The notes: generated from the letters alone by a model not told the origin. A stretch of 64,000 nucleotides of DNA from Candidatus Hodarchaeota archaeon (GCA_048887225.1 JBHLJY010000001.1:372371-436370); one strand, 5' to 3'. Positions 10,621-21,022 are shown, numbered from the stretch's first letter. Program-made: numbers and translations.

Positions 10621-10887
10621 ATGGGAAGTAGTGAATTTTTCATCAAAAGAGTATATGAAATAGTAAACGAAATGAGAATTCCTTTAATCGATGAAAGAGT
10701 ACATGATAAAGTTAGCTTTAGTTCTAAAAATACCGTGGCAACAGTAATTTTTAAATTTGAAGAAGATGAATCAGTTTTACGAGGATTTTTAGGATTAGCA
10801 GATTATTTTCATACAGTAATAATAAAACAGAAAGATAAATTCTATATTCCGAATAATTCTATATTGTTTAGATTGGAATGCTCCTAA
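10621..10887 (+). CDS. Hypothetical protein
   Basis: 88 aa ORF with strong RBS GGAGGTGA. Confidence 0.7.
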   Translation: MGSSEFFIKRVYEIVNEMRIPLIDERVHDKVSFSSKNTVATVIFKFEEDESVLRGFLGLADYFHTVIIKQKDKFYIPNNSILFRLECS

Positions 10888-11005
10888 TTTGCTTCAATAT
10901 ATAATTTTTTCCTATTCTGTGTTCTTGACTTACAATCAATCAGATTTTAGGCAAGAAAAACATATAAAAAAATTTATAGGAATTATTAAGACAAGGTGAT
11001 ATTTT

Positions 11006-11668
11006 GTGAAAAATTCAGAAAAATTAAATGGTTTTCCACTAATTGGGGATGAATTTCCAGAGATGGAAGTAAAAACCACTCATGGAATAATGAAATTGCC
11101 AAAAGATTTTAAGAAACAATGGTTTATTTTGTTTAGTCATCCAGCTGATTTTACACCAGTTTGTACAACAGAATTTTACGCTTTCTCAAAACGATATAAT
11201 CAATTTCTAGAGCTGAATTGTGGCTTAATAGGACTTTCTATGGATCAGGTCTTTTCGCATATTAAATGGATTGAGTGGATTGAGAAAAATTTAGAAGCTA
11301 AAATTCAATTCCCTATTATCGCGGATCATGGTGTTGTTGCTAAAAAACTTGGCATGATACACACTGCTAAAGGTACAAATACGGTTCGAGCAGTTTTTTT
11401 AGTTGATCCCGATGGAATTATTAGGTTAATTCTCTATTATCCACAAGAACTTGGTCGAAATATCGATGAGATTATAAGAATTATAAAAGCACTCCAGACA
11501 GCTGATAACGAAAAAGTTGCTATGCCAGCAAATTGGCCTGAAAACGAGCTAATTGGCAAACAAGTTATTATTCCTCCTGCTTCAGATGTACAAACAGCAA
11601 AAAAACGACCAAATGAACACTCATGTAAGGATTGGTGGTTTTGTTATAAATCTCTCGAATATGAATAA
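11006..11668 (+). CDS. Peroxiredoxin (Prx6/archaeal type)
   Basis: [15 protein letters not shown]; C-terminal CKDWWFC. Confidence 0.96.
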   Translation: MKNSEKLNGFPLIGDEFPEMEVKTTHGIMKLPKDFKKQWFILFSHPADFTPVCTTEFYAFSKRYNQFLELNCGLIGLSMDQVFSHIKWIEWIEKNLEAKIQFPIIADHGVVAKKLGMIHTAKGTNTVRAVFLVDPDGIIRLILYYPQELGRNIDEIIRIIKALQTADNEKVAMPANWPENELIGKQVIIPPASDVQTAKKRPNEHSCKDWWFCYKSLEYE

Positions 11669-11767
11669 TCATTTTTAGTAAATTAGAGTTTAAAACCTTA
11701 AATGAAATCAATATAAATATGACATTTAATTTGATGAGATAATAAATAAAAAAGTATGAAGTAAACG

Positions 11768-12670
11768 TTGAATGAAAAGATTTTTTATATTATTTACGGA
11801 ATAGGGTTAATAATATCGACAATATTAATGATTTGGATTTTAATCCTAGGAAGATTAAATTTTATGTTTTTATTTTTCTATTGGATTTTTAAATTTCTTT
11901 CTGGATTTGGAATCGTTTATACAATAACAAGTATTTTCTTATTAATTTTAAAAAAGGCTAAAGACAATATAGGTAAATGGGGGATTAATTTCGTTATATT
12001 TCTTAATATATTGATGCCAATTTTATTGATTTTGTATTCTATATATCAAATATTTTCAAGCAATTACCAAGCAGAATTAGGCATAGATATTGCCGTATTA
12101 TTATGGATTGATGCTATAATTTTTATTTCAGGGATTAGCACATTTCTTTTATTCTTTTATATTATTCCAGTTGTAAGAGAACAACTACATGAAATGGCAT
12201 TTTTGAGTAAAATTAAAAGATTTAAGAAAAGGGCGAAAAATATTGGTCGTGGAATAAAAAAAAAGTATTTTTTTTTTAGAAGGAAATATGCTAAAGCTCA
12301 TATTCAAGATCAAATAACAATCAAAGAATCTTTAGATCTTTGGCAAAAGAAATTAACTGCTTATTTGATACTTCCAATTATAATTGGATCAATTATCTTT
12401 ACCCCAATTGCTTTTGTTTGTTTAATTTTTTGGTTAAAAATTTTTATATTTGATGATTTTGAGATAACAATTTTCGATAAAGTGGCATTTTTAATTTCCA
12501 TAATAATTGTTTGTATTATGGCTTGTTTAATACCATTTATAAATTTAGGAATATATACCACTTTCTCAGAATACTTCTGGACAATTAATATATTTTACAT
12601 AATTGGAGTCTCACTAGCTTCATGTATTTTTATTTTCAAATTTCTTAATTTAAGAGGAATAATCTTTTAA
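11768..12670 (+). CDS. Multi-pass membrane protein, unknown function
   Basis: Several hydrophobic segments and a basic loop. Confidence 0.65.
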   Translation: MNEKIFYIIYGIGLIISTILMIWILILGRLNFMFLFFYWIFKFLSGFGIVYTITSIFLLILKKAKDNIGKWGINFVIFLNILMPILLILYSIYQIFSSNYQAELGIDIAVLLWIDAIIFISGISTFLLFFYIIPVVREQLHEMAFLSKIKRFKKRAKNIGRGIKKKYFFFRRKYAKAHIQDQITIKESLDLWQKKLTAYLILPIIIGSIIFTPIAFVCLIFWLKIFIFDDFEITIFDKVAFLISIIIVCIMACLIPFINLGIYTTFSEYFWTINIFYIIGVSLASCIFIFKFLNLRGIIF

Positions 12671-12722
12671 AATATTAAATGGAAAATTGTATAAACTAAT
12701 ATAAAATAGGTGGATGAATTAA

Positions 12723-13406
12723 ATGTCTACAAATCAATTATTAAAGCAATTATGGTTTGAAAAAAGAGAATTCATCACTTCAGAAGAACTTATTGAATAT
12801 AGTAAAGCTTTATATTTTAGCTATAGTAATAATATGATCAAATATCTCATTTCAAGAGGATATCTCCTAAAAATTTTTAGAAATATATTTTATGTTAAAA
12901 GTCGTAATGAATTCCAATTCAATAAAATAAAATATTCACCTTTAGAACTTGTTTCAAAAGGTCTTAAATTAAAAAGAGTTCATAATTGGTATTTTGGTTT
13001 ATACACCGCGCTGACTTTAAATGGAATTACAAATAATCACGACCAAGAATTCTATATTATAAATGATAAAATAGTTAATCACAAACCGATAAAGATTGAG
13101 CATTATCCGCTTAATTTCCTAATATTAAAATCTCGCCTTTTAAATTTTGGAATTATAAAAAATAAAATACAATATTCTGATCTTGAAAAAACAATTTTGG
13201 ATTTTATCTATCTATGGAAAATTAATAAAAAAACTGATACAAAAATTATTCAAAATATAACTGAATTCATAAGAGATATTTCTAAAGATAAGATTATTAA
13301 ATATTCGAACTATTATCCTGAAAGTAATAGAAAAATCCTTGAAAAATTAATAAAATTATTAGATTTGATGAAAAATCGTGAGTTATCGTACAAAAAAAAC
13401 CTATAA
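12723..13406 (+). CDS. AbiEi-like (type IV TA antitoxin-like) regulator
   Basis: N-terminal wHTH (YLISRGYLLKIFRNIFYV), WYFGLYTAL, YSDLEKTILD. Confidence 0.7.
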   Translation: MSTNQLLKQLWFEKREFITSEELIEYSKALYFSYSNNMIKYLISRGYLLKIFRNIFYVKSRNEFQFNKIKYSPLELVSKGLKLKRVHNWYFGLYTALTLNGITNNHDQEFYIINDKIVNHKPIKIEHYPLNFLILKSRLLNFGIIKNKIQYSDLEKTILDFIYLWKINKKTDTKIIQNITEFIRDISKDKIIKYSNYYPESNRKILEKLIKLLDLMKNRELSYKKNL

Positions 13407-13992
13407 AAATAAAATAGAGCTAGACCATGAATGCAATAAATGTGGAGAATGTTGTAGAGCAGGTTATGATATATATATCGTAAAAGAGGATGTCAAAAAA
13501 TGGATGAAAGCCAATAAAATTAATTATTTACAATACATTCAGATTAATCCAAACTGTATTTCTCCAATAGGTTTAAGTAAATTTCATAATAACCAAGGAA
13601 AGGCGACAGAAATTATTAAAAATAATAATAATGAAAAAAAATTTGACATAAATAAAAAAAGACTTATTCAATTCATCCAAAAAAACCATTCATATCAAGG
13701 AAAAGGTTCGAATTCTTTTCTATTATATACAATATTACCGAATATGAAACAAAATCCTATTTTAATCCCTAAAAATTTTAATGTAGTTTTGGAGGGATTT
13801 GAATGGGGATTAACTTATAAAATAAAATTAGATCCAAACGGTTATTGTCCTTTTTTAAAGTTGAATCTTTGTTCAATTCATGATATCAAGCCAATGGTTT
13901 GTAAAAAATTTCCTTATGATGAAAATGGTGATTTAAGAGAAGATGATTATTTTTTCTCAATTTGTAATGGCATAGAAAAAAAAAATTTCTAA
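13378..13992 (+). CDS. YkgJ family CxxCxxCC cysteine-cluster protein
   Basis: CNKCGECC..CPFL...CSIHDIKPMVCKKFP. Confidence 0.9.
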   Translation: MSYRTKKTYKNKIELDHECNKCGECCRAGYDIYIVKEDVKKWMKANKINYLQYIQINPNCISPIGLSKFHNNQGKATEIIKNNNNEKKFDINKKRLIQFIQKNHSYQGKGSNSFLLYTILPNMKQNPILIPKNFNVVLEGFEWGLTYKIKLDPNGYCPFLKLNLCSIHDIKPMVCKKFPYDENGDLREDDYFFSICNGIEKKNF

Positions 13993-14036
13993 ACAATTAA
14001 ATAAAAAAATAATTTGAATTAACGGAGGTGAAAAAT

Positions 14037-14360
14037 ATGGTAGAAGGAACAGTAAAATGGTTTAACAGCAGAAAGGGCTATGGATTTATATATTCTGAAG
14101 ACGGAAGTGATGTATATGTTCATTTATCTGCATTAAGGGGGGATGATAATTATTATAAAACGTTAAATGAGAATGACAAGGTTGAGTTTGATGTTATTCA
14201 AGGTCAAAAAGGACCACAAGCGAGTAATGTTGTAGTTACTCAAAAAGCCCCTCCTCAGCTTCGTAAGAGTTTTAAATTTTATAAAGGCGGCGGAAAAAGA
14301 GGCGGTGGAAAAAGAGGTGGTGGAAAAAGAGGCGGTGGAAAAAAAAGACATCGCTACTAA
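14037..14360 (+). CDS. Cold-shock domain protein with Gly/Lys/Arg repeat tail
   Basis: [32 protein letters not shown]; RBS GGAGGTGA before ATG 14037. Confidence 0.93.
   Translation: MVEGTVKWFNSRKGYGFIYSEDGSDVYVHLSALRGDDNYYKTLNENDKVEFDVIQGQKGPQASNVVVTQKAPPQLRKSFKFYKGGGKRGGGKRGGGKRGGGKKRHRY
14286..14345 (+). repeat. 4 x 15-bp tandem repeat encoding GGGKR
   Basis: GG(C/T)GG(C/T)GGAAAAAGA x4 (last copy ends AAA). Confidence 0.95.
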
Positions 14361-14445
14361 TCCTTTTAATTGGAATTAACGGTATATAAAAAAAGTTATA
14401 TAAAAAATATAAGAAGTGGTGAAAAATTAGTTAATTGTTCAAAAT

Positions 14446-15093
14446 ATGAGGATAAATGTCAAATTGAGGGAATTAAAGATAAATAAAGAAGATTTTGATT
14501 ATAAAGAAGTATTGGATTATAAAATTAATAATGTTGTTGCTTCAGTTTCCTTGAAAATTTCAGAAAAAATAGATCTCGCTCAAATAGCAAGAAAATTAAA
14601 TGAAGTAGAATATAGTCCAGAAAGATTTCCTGGTTTAATTCTAAGAGTAGATAAACCAAAATCAACAGTTTTAATTTTCTCCACAGGCAATATGGTTGTC
14701 ACTGGAATTAAAAATGTATCCAATGCGGATAAAACAGTAAAAAATATCATAAAAAAAATTCGAAAAATTGGAATTAAATTACCCGATCCTAAAATCATAA
14801 TTCAAAATATAGTAGCAACCGGAGATTTGCACTCGTCTATTGATTTAAATAAGGCGACAATTATTATGGATAATGTAATGTTCGAGCCTGAAATCTTTCC
14901 AGGGCTAATTTATCGCATGCAAGATCCTAAAACTGTTTTTCTTATCTTTTCTACTGGAAAAGTAGTATGCACCGGGGCTAAAAATGAAGAAAAAATAGAA
15001 AAAGCATTATTAAAATTGAATCAAATGGTACATGACCTTAATATTACAAGAGAACCTTCGAAAGAATCTAATTATGAAATTATTTTTAAATAA
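14446..15093 (+). CDS. tbp: TATA-box binding protein
   Basis: Two TBP repeats: NVVAS..YSPERFPGL..LIFSTGNMVVTG and NIVAT..FEPEIFPGL..LIFSTGKVVCTG. Confidence 0.96.
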   Translation: MRINVKLRELKINKEDFDYKEVLDYKINNVVASVSLKISEKIDLAQIARKLNEVEYSPERFPGLILRVDKPKSTVLIFSTGNMVVTGIKNVSNADKTVKNIIKKIRKIGIKLPDPKIIIQNIVATGDLHSSIDLNKATIIMDNVMFEPEIFPGLIYRMQDPKTVFLIFSTGKVVCTGAKNEEKIEKALLKLNQMVHDLNITREPSKESNYEIIFK

Positions 15094-15133
15094 GTAAAAT
15101 AATTTTTTTAAAAAAAATAGGATGTTATGTCTT

Positions 15134-15286
15134 ATGGTTGAATTTTGTGATAAATGTGAAGGACTTTTACTTCCTTCAAAAATTAATGATAAAGGAGTAC
15201 TCAAATGTATTAATTGTGGTAAAATAAAACCTTTCGATGAAGAATTAACTGAAGCTTACAAACTCGATGTTAAAATTGAACAATAA
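15134..15286 (+). CDS. Stand-alone TFS/RPB9-type N-terminal zinc ribbon (50 aa)
   Basis: MVEFCDKCEGLLLP..LKCINCG; not in supplied ORF track. Confidence 0.7.
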   Translation: MVEFCDKCEGLLLPSKINDKGVLKCINCGKIKPFDEELTEAYKLDVKIEQ

Positions 15287-15384
15287 TCAAAAAGATTGTA
15301 TACTTTACTTAATAAAATTCAAAACATAAAAATTATTAAAAATTCATTGTTATATCAATTAATTAAATTAGAAATCAGATTAAT

Positions 15385-15441
15385 GTATTATTTTTTAACC
15401 ATCCAGCAGATTTCACACTTGTATTATGTACTACTGAATTC
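15385..15441 (+). pseudogene. Peroxiredoxin active-site remnant
   Basis: Reads VLFFNHPADFTLVLCTTEF versus [18 protein letters not shown] at 11123-11176; no canonical start codon after the upstream stop. Confidence 0.8.
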
Positions 15442-15490
15442 TTAAATGAAATCATTTATTCCTCAAAATTTACTTTTAATTTACTAAAAT

Positions 15491-17809
15491 ATGAGGTGGA
15501 ATACTATCACTAATGAAAACTATGAACTGAAATTAAAGAATATTGCTTTTATTGGTAATTACTTGCCAAGAAAATGTGGAATTGCTACATTTACTACGGA
15601 TCTATTACAAGCAGTTTCCAATGAAGCTCCAGAAATATCTTGTTGGGCATTGACAATGAATGACAAACCTCAAGGATATTCTTATCCTAAGCAAGTTCGT
15701 TTTGAATTATATGATAAACGATTGGGAGATTATGAATTGGCAGCAGAATTTTTAAATGTTAACAAGGTAGATTTGGTTTGTTTACAACATGAATTTGGAA
15801 TTTATGGTGGCGATTTTGGCAAATATATTTTAGCGTTAATTCGTAACTTAAGAATGCCTATTGTAACTACTCTACATTCGATATTACCTAATCCACACCC
15901 ACAACAAAAAAAAATTATTGAAACAATAAATCAAATTTCAGATAAAATAGTTGTTATGAGTAAAAAAGCCAAACTTTTCTTAAATGAAGTATATGGAGTA
16001 GCTAATGAGAAAATTACTTTGATTCATCATGGTATTCCCGATGTACCATTTATTGATCCGAATTTTTTTAAAGATCAATTTGGTGTTGAAGGGAAAGATG
16101 TTATCTTAACATTTGGTTTGCTTAATCCTGGTAAAGGAATTGAATTTATGATAGAAGCATTACCTGAAATAATACAAAAATATCCAGACGTAATATACAT
16201 TGTTCTTGGAGCAACTCATCCAAATATAATCAAAGAACAAGGTGAAAAATATCGTCATTCTCTTCAAAGAAAAGCTAGAGACCTTGGTGTAGAAAACAAT
16301 ATTCTTTTTCATAATAGATTTGTAGATTTAGAAGAGCTTTGCGAATTCTTAGGAGCTGCTAATGTGTATGTCTCACCATATATAAATAAGGATCAAATAA
16401 TTTCTGGAACTTTAGCTTATGCTATAGGTGCGGGTAAAGCAATAATTTCAACACCTTATTGGTATGCTGAAGAGAGTTTAGCTGGAGGGAGAGGAATAAT
16501 AGTTCCTTTTAAAAATCATAAATTACTAGCTAAAGCTATAATAGATTTATTGGATAATGAAACTGAAAGACACGCTATGCGTAAAAAAGCTTATTTGTAC
16601 TCTCGAGAAATGATATGGAAACAAGTTGCTACTGAATATCTTAAAATATTTCATGAAATTTTAAAGAAACGAGAAATTCAACCAATAATTCCAATTCAAA
16701 AGAAATCCTTAAGAGTTACTCCATTTGAAGTTCCAATACCGAAATTTGACCATCTTTATAGACTAACGGATGATGTAGGTATATTGCAACATGCTAATTT
16801 CATTATTACTAATCGAGATGATGGTTATTGTACGGATGATAATGCTAGGGCATTAATTGCAGTTTTAATGGCTCAAAATTTGTCTATTGAAGATAAATTA
16901 TTGAAAGATTTGGATTGTCGCTATTTAAGCTTTTTATTGCATTCCTTTAATCAGAAAATAGGAAGGTTTCGTAATTTTCTAGGATATAATCACAAATGGC
17001 TAGAAAGGAAAGGATCTGAAGATAGTCATGGTCGTTCTGTCTGGGCCTTAGGTATTACAATAGGATTAGCAAAAATCAAGGAATTTGGCGATATATCTTT
17101 AGAAATTTTTGAAAGAGCAGTATCAACTTTAACAAAGTTTAATTATCCTCGCTCTTTAGCTTTTGGTTTAGTAGGAATTCACGCTTATCTAGCAAGATTC
17201 AGTGGAGATAGTAGAATGAAGCGGTATCGAAAATTAATAGCAAATAAATTATTCAAATTTTACCGCGATAATGCCAGTAATGACTGGTCTTGGTTAGAAA
17301 ATACCATTACCTATGATAATGGAAAAATCCCACAAGCTCTACTGATGTCTGGAAAATGGATGCAGCGAGGAGATATGATTGAGGCAGGTCTTGACATGTT
17401 AGATTGGTTAATTAAAATTCAAATTGGCTCCAAAGGACAGTTTTCTCCAATAGGTAATAAAGGTTGGTACTCAAGAGGAGGTGAAAAAGCGAGATTTGAT
17501 CAACAACCTCTTGAAGCACAAAGCATCCTTGAAGCATGTATTGAAGCATTTAATATCACTCAAGATAAAAGATGGATCATTGAAGCACGACGTTGTTTTG
17601 AATGGTTTTTAGGTCGTAATGATATGAATATACCTCTCTACGACTATAAAACAGGAGGATGTTATGATAGTTTAACATCAATAGGTTTTAATAGAAACCA
17701 AGGTGCAGAATCAACAGTAGCTTGGTTATTATCTCTTTTGAATATGTATTATCTAGAAAGTCTAATAGATATTGATGAAAAATTAATTAAGGTTGAAAAA
17801 AGTGTCTAA
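15491..17809 (+). CDS. GT4 glycosyltransferase fused to six-hairpin (alpha/alpha)6-like domain
   Basis: YLPRKCGIATF, QHEFGIYGG, GLLNPGKGIE; C-terminal GYCTDDNARAL, FDQQPLE, NRNQGAEST. Confidence 0.9.
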   Translation: MRWNTITNENYELKLKNIAFIGNYLPRKCGIATFTTDLLQAVSNEAPEISCWALTMNDKPQGYSYPKQVRFELYDKRLGDYELAAEFLNVNKVDLVCLQHEFGIYGGDFGKYILALIRNLRMPIVTTLHSILPNPHPQQKKIIETINQISDKIVVMSKKAKLFLNEVYGVANEKITLIHHGIPDVPFIDPNFFKDQFGVEGKDVILTFGLLNPGKGIEFMIEALPEIIQKYPDVIYIVLGATHPNIIKEQGEKYRHSLQRKARDLGVENNILFHNRFVDLEELCEFLGAANVYVSPYINKDQIISGTLAYAIGAGKAIISTPYWYAEESLAGGRGIIVPFKNHKLLAKAIIDLLDNETERHAMRKKAYLYSREMIWKQVATEYLKIFHEILKKREIQPIIPIQKKSLRVTPFEVPIPKFDHLYRLTDDVGILQHANFIITNRDDGYCTDDNARALIAVLMAQNLSIEDKLLKDLDCRYLSFLLHSFNQKIGRFRNFLGYNHKWLERKGSEDSHGRSVWALGITIGLAKIKEFGDISLEIFERAVSTLTKFNYPRSLAFGLVGIHAYLARFSGDSRMKRYRKLIANKLFKFYRDNASNDWSWLENTITYDNGKIPQALLMSGKWMQRGDMIEAGLDMLDWLIKIQIGSKGQFSPIGNKGWYSRGGEKARFDQQPLEAQSILEACIEAFNITQDKRWIIEARRCFEWFLGRNDMNIPLYDYKTGGCYDSLTSIGFNRNQGAESTVAWLLSLLNMYYLESLIDIDEKLIKVEKSV

Positions 17810-19028
17810 AAAACCTATAATAATGATAAGTTCTTATCCTCCGCGCTTATGTGGAATCGCAACTTTTGCGGAAGAGGCTCGAGAATTTATCCAAAAAGCA
17901 AACCCTGATAAAGATGTTCTTGTTATAAGTCATTATGATGGTGAAGGCGAAGGTATTTTTCCGATTATTAATACCAGCAGTGCAAAATGGTGGAAAATCG
18001 TAGCTGATAAAATAAAGGAATTAGATCCATATGCAGTTCATCTAGAACACGAGTATGGGCTTTATGAATATTATGATGCACGTGGAATTAGCGATAAAAA
18101 TGAGGGGTTTCTCATCCTTCTTGAAGCTATAAGTGAATATCCATTGATAGTTGAGCCCCATACTATTCATGGACGGATTAGCGATTATGAGGCTAATTTT
18201 ATTTATCAGCTTTGTCAGAATAGCGATGTTGTTCTTTTTAAATGCCATTATCAAAAATGGAGGTTAGATTGGTCATTTCGAGCAAGAGGTTGGGAACCTC
18301 CTCAAAATATTATGGTGATACCACATGGCGCTCGACCTGATAAGCGATGGGGTGTTCAAGAAATACCAAATCTTAAAAAAGAATTGGGATTAAATGGTTC
18401 AAATCGATATGATCATCTTATAGGAATGGTGGGATGGATACAAACAAATAAACGATGGGATATCTTACTTTCAATATGGGAAGAAATTTATGAAGATATT
18501 AAAAAAAAAAGTGATCAAGAATGGCAGTTATTTGCTGCTGGGACAATGCGTGATCCTAACCATAAAAAAGATTATGAAATGTGGAAATCTCAAATTCTTG
18601 AACTTCAAGATAAGGGATTAGCTTATTATTATGAATTTATTCCCAGAGGAGATCTTTATTATAAAGTGATGGCTATCTGTGATTTTATCGTCTTACCTAC
18701 TATTGATGAAACTCAATCCGGCACTCTTGCAAGAATTATTTCTTTAAATAAACCATATATTACTAGTGCTCCAATGGAGGGTTTAACGGCCCAGACTTTA
18801 GAGAATGAAGGTGGCTTATTATTTACAACTAAAAAAATGTTAAAAGATAAAGTTGTTCAATTAGCATGTGATGAGAATCTTCGATTAAAGTTAGGAGAAA
18901 ATTTAAAAAAATACCTTGATAACACGGTCTCTTGGGAAATTGTAGCTCAACAATATAATTATGCCTATGAATTAGCAAGAAAGGCCAAAAGAACTGGCAA
19001 ACCAGTAATGTTAGAAAAAGAATTTTAA
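17793..19028 (+). CDS. GT4-like glycosyltransferase
   Basis: SYPPRLCGIATF, EHEYGLY, IPHG, ETQSGTL. Confidence 0.85.
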   Translation: MKKVSKKPIIMISSYPPRLCGIATFAEEAREFIQKANPDKDVLVISHYDGEGEGIFPIINTSSAKWWKIVADKIKELDPYAVHLEHEYGLYEYYDARGISDKNEGFLILLEAISEYPLIVEPHTIHGRISDYEANFIYQLCQNSDVVLFKCHYQKWRLDWSFRARGWEPPQNIMVIPHGARPDKRWGVQEIPNLKKELGLNGSNRYDHLIGMVGWIQTNKRWDILLSIWEEIYEDIKKKSDQEWQLFAAGTMRDPNHKKDYEMWKSQILELQDKGLAYYYEFIPRGDLYYKVMAICDFIVLPTIDETQSGTLARIISLNKPYITSAPMEGLTAQTLENEGGLLFTTKKMLKDKVVQLACDENLRLKLGENLKKYLDNTVSWEIVAQQYNYAYELARKAKRTGKPVMLEKEF

Positions 19029-19043
19029 AAAATCGATAATATT

Positions 19044-20015
19044 ATGACAAATAATTTAAATAAGGAACTTTTTATTCGGCACCCAAATAATCCAATAATA
19101 ACAGCTTTAGATTTGCCTTATCCAGCTAATACTGTCTTTAATACTGGTGCCGTAAAGATAAAGGATGAATTCTTACTTTTAATGCGAGTTGAAGATAAAA
19201 GAGGTATTTCTCATTTAACATTAGCAAGAAGTAATAATGGCATAAATAACTGGTTAATTGAATCACATCCCGCTTTAATGCCAAATCCAGATCTTTATCC
19301 GGAAGAAATTTGGGGGATTGAAGATCCTAGAATTACTTTTCTTGAAGAAAAGAAAATTTGGGCTATTACATATACAGCTTATTCAACAGCAGGTCCCTTG
19401 GTGTCGTTAGCAACTACTTCGGATTTTAAAGAATATAAACGTTTTGGCCCTATAATGCCCCCAGAAAATAAAGATGCTGCTTTATTTCCTATTAAATTTG
19501 ATGGTCAATGGGCGATGATTCATAGACCGGTATGCAATCGTCCTGGTATAGGAGCCCATATCTGGATCTCCTATTCGCCAGATTTAATACATTGGGGAGA
19601 GCATCAGATCCTCATTCCAGCTAGAAGAGGTAGTTGGTGGGATGCAAACAAAGTTGGTATCTCCCCACCTCCAATAAAAACCGAAGAGGGATGGTTAATT
19701 CTTTATCATGGTGTCAAAAAAACTGTTGGAGGGATAATTTATCGTTTAGGATTGGCTCTTTTAGATTTTAAAGAACCAAATAAATTAATCGCAAGATCTG
19801 ATGAATGGATTTTTAATCCTAGAGAATCTTATGAGGTTATTGGTGATGTTGATAAAGTAATTTTTCCTTGTGGCTGGATTTTGAATGATAATGAAATATT
19901 TTTATATTATGGGGGTGCTGATAAATGTATCGCTTTAGCTAAAGCGAATCTTTTAGAATTACTTGAATGGTTAAAAACACATAATTCTGAAGGAGGTAAC
20001 AAACAATGCATGTAG
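19044..20015 (+). CDS. GH130 family beta-mannoside phosphorylase/glycosidase
   Basis: VFNTGA, GIEDPRIT, NKDAALFP, WLILYHG, YYGGAD. Confidence 0.92.
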   Translation: MTNNLNKELFIRHPNNPIITALDLPYPANTVFNTGAVKIKDEFLLLMRVEDKRGISHLTLARSNNGINNWLIESHPALMPNPDLYPEEIWGIEDPRITFLEEKKIWAITYTAYSTAGPLVSLATTSDFKEYKRFGPIMPPENKDAALFPIKFDGQWAMIHRPVCNRPGIGAHIWISYSPDLIHWGEHQILIPARRGSWWDANKVGISPPPIKTEEGWLILYHGVKKTVGGIIYRLGLALLDFKEPNKLIARSDEWIFNPRESYEVIGDVDKVIFPCGWILNDNEIFLYYGGADKCIALAKANLLELLEWLKTHNSEGGNKQCM

Positions 20016-21022
20016 CAATGCTTTCACCAATTGCTTGGCGTACACCACCCAGACATTATGGTCCTTGGGAGTCTGTAGTTTCTTTATTAACAGAAGGATT
20101 AGTTGATAAGGGAATAGAAATAACCTTATTTGCTACAAAGGATTCAATAACAAAAGGGCATTTAGTAGGTGTGTGTCCCCGGGGTTATGAGGAGGACAAT
20201 GAACTCATGCCAAAGGTATGGGAATGCTTACATATATCTGAATTATTTGAGAGGGGAGATGAATTCGATCTTATTCACAATCATTTTGATTATCTCCCGC
20301 TAACTTATATGAAGATGACAAAAACTCCAATATTAACAACTATTCATGGTTTTTCTTCTCCTAAAATACTTCCTGTGTATAAAAAATATAATAAAAATTG
20401 TTATTATATATCTATTAGTAATGCAGATCGCCATCCAGATTTAAATTATATGTCAACAATATGTCATGGTATTAATCTTAGCCAATTTACATTTAAATCT
20501 GAAGTAGGAGATTATCTACTCTTCTTTGGTCGAATTCATCATGATAAAGGTGCTTGGGAAGCAATTCAAATTGCTCTTAAGTTTGGAATGAAATTGATAT
20601 TAGCAGGTATTATCCAAGATGAAATTTATTTCGAAAAAAGGATAAAGCCATATTTAAACCAAGATAATATTAACTATATTGGTATTGTAGATACGAAAAC
20701 AAGAGATAAGCTTTTAGGGGGAGCATTTGCCTTACTTCACCCAATTAATTTTAATGAACCATTTGGGTTATCTGTTATTGAGGCAATGGCCTGTGGTACA
20801 CCTGTAATTGCGTATAATAAAGGCAGCATGCACGAGGTTATAAATGACGGGAAAACGGGATTTTTAGTCAATTCAATTGAAGGTGCTGTAAGCTCATTAA
20901 AAAGAATCGAAAGCATCAATCGAAATGAATGTCGAAAATGGGTTGAAAAAAAATTTAGTGTCGATCGAATGGTGGAAGATTATATTCAAGTTTATAAAAA
21001 AATTTTAGCTAAGACTAAATAA
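20006..21022 (+). CDS. GT4 glycosyltransferase
   Basis: PPRHYGPWE, FGRIHHDKG, EPFGLSVIEAMACGTPV. Confidence 0.93.
   Translation: MHVAMLSPIAWRTPPRHYGPWESVVSLLTEGLVDKGIEITLFATKDSITKGHLVGVCPRGYEEDNELMPKVWECLHISELFERGDEFDLIHNHFDYLPLTYMKMTKTPILTTIHGFSSPKILPVYKKYNKNCYYISISNADRHPDLNYMSTICHGINLSQFTFKSEVGDYLLFFGRIHHDKGAWEAIQIALKFGMKLILAGIIQDEIYFEKRIKPYLNQDNINYIGIVDTKTRDKLLGGAFALLHPINFNEPFGLSVIEAMACGTPVIAYNKGSMHEVINDGKTGFLVNSIEGAVSSLKRIESINRNECRKWVEKKFSVDRMVEDYIQVYKKILAKTK

Noticed and set aside
11078-11090. CTCATGGAAT match to the trpG-end repeat inside prx
   Set aside because: It encodes the conserved Prx TTHG motif; a 10-nt coincidence.
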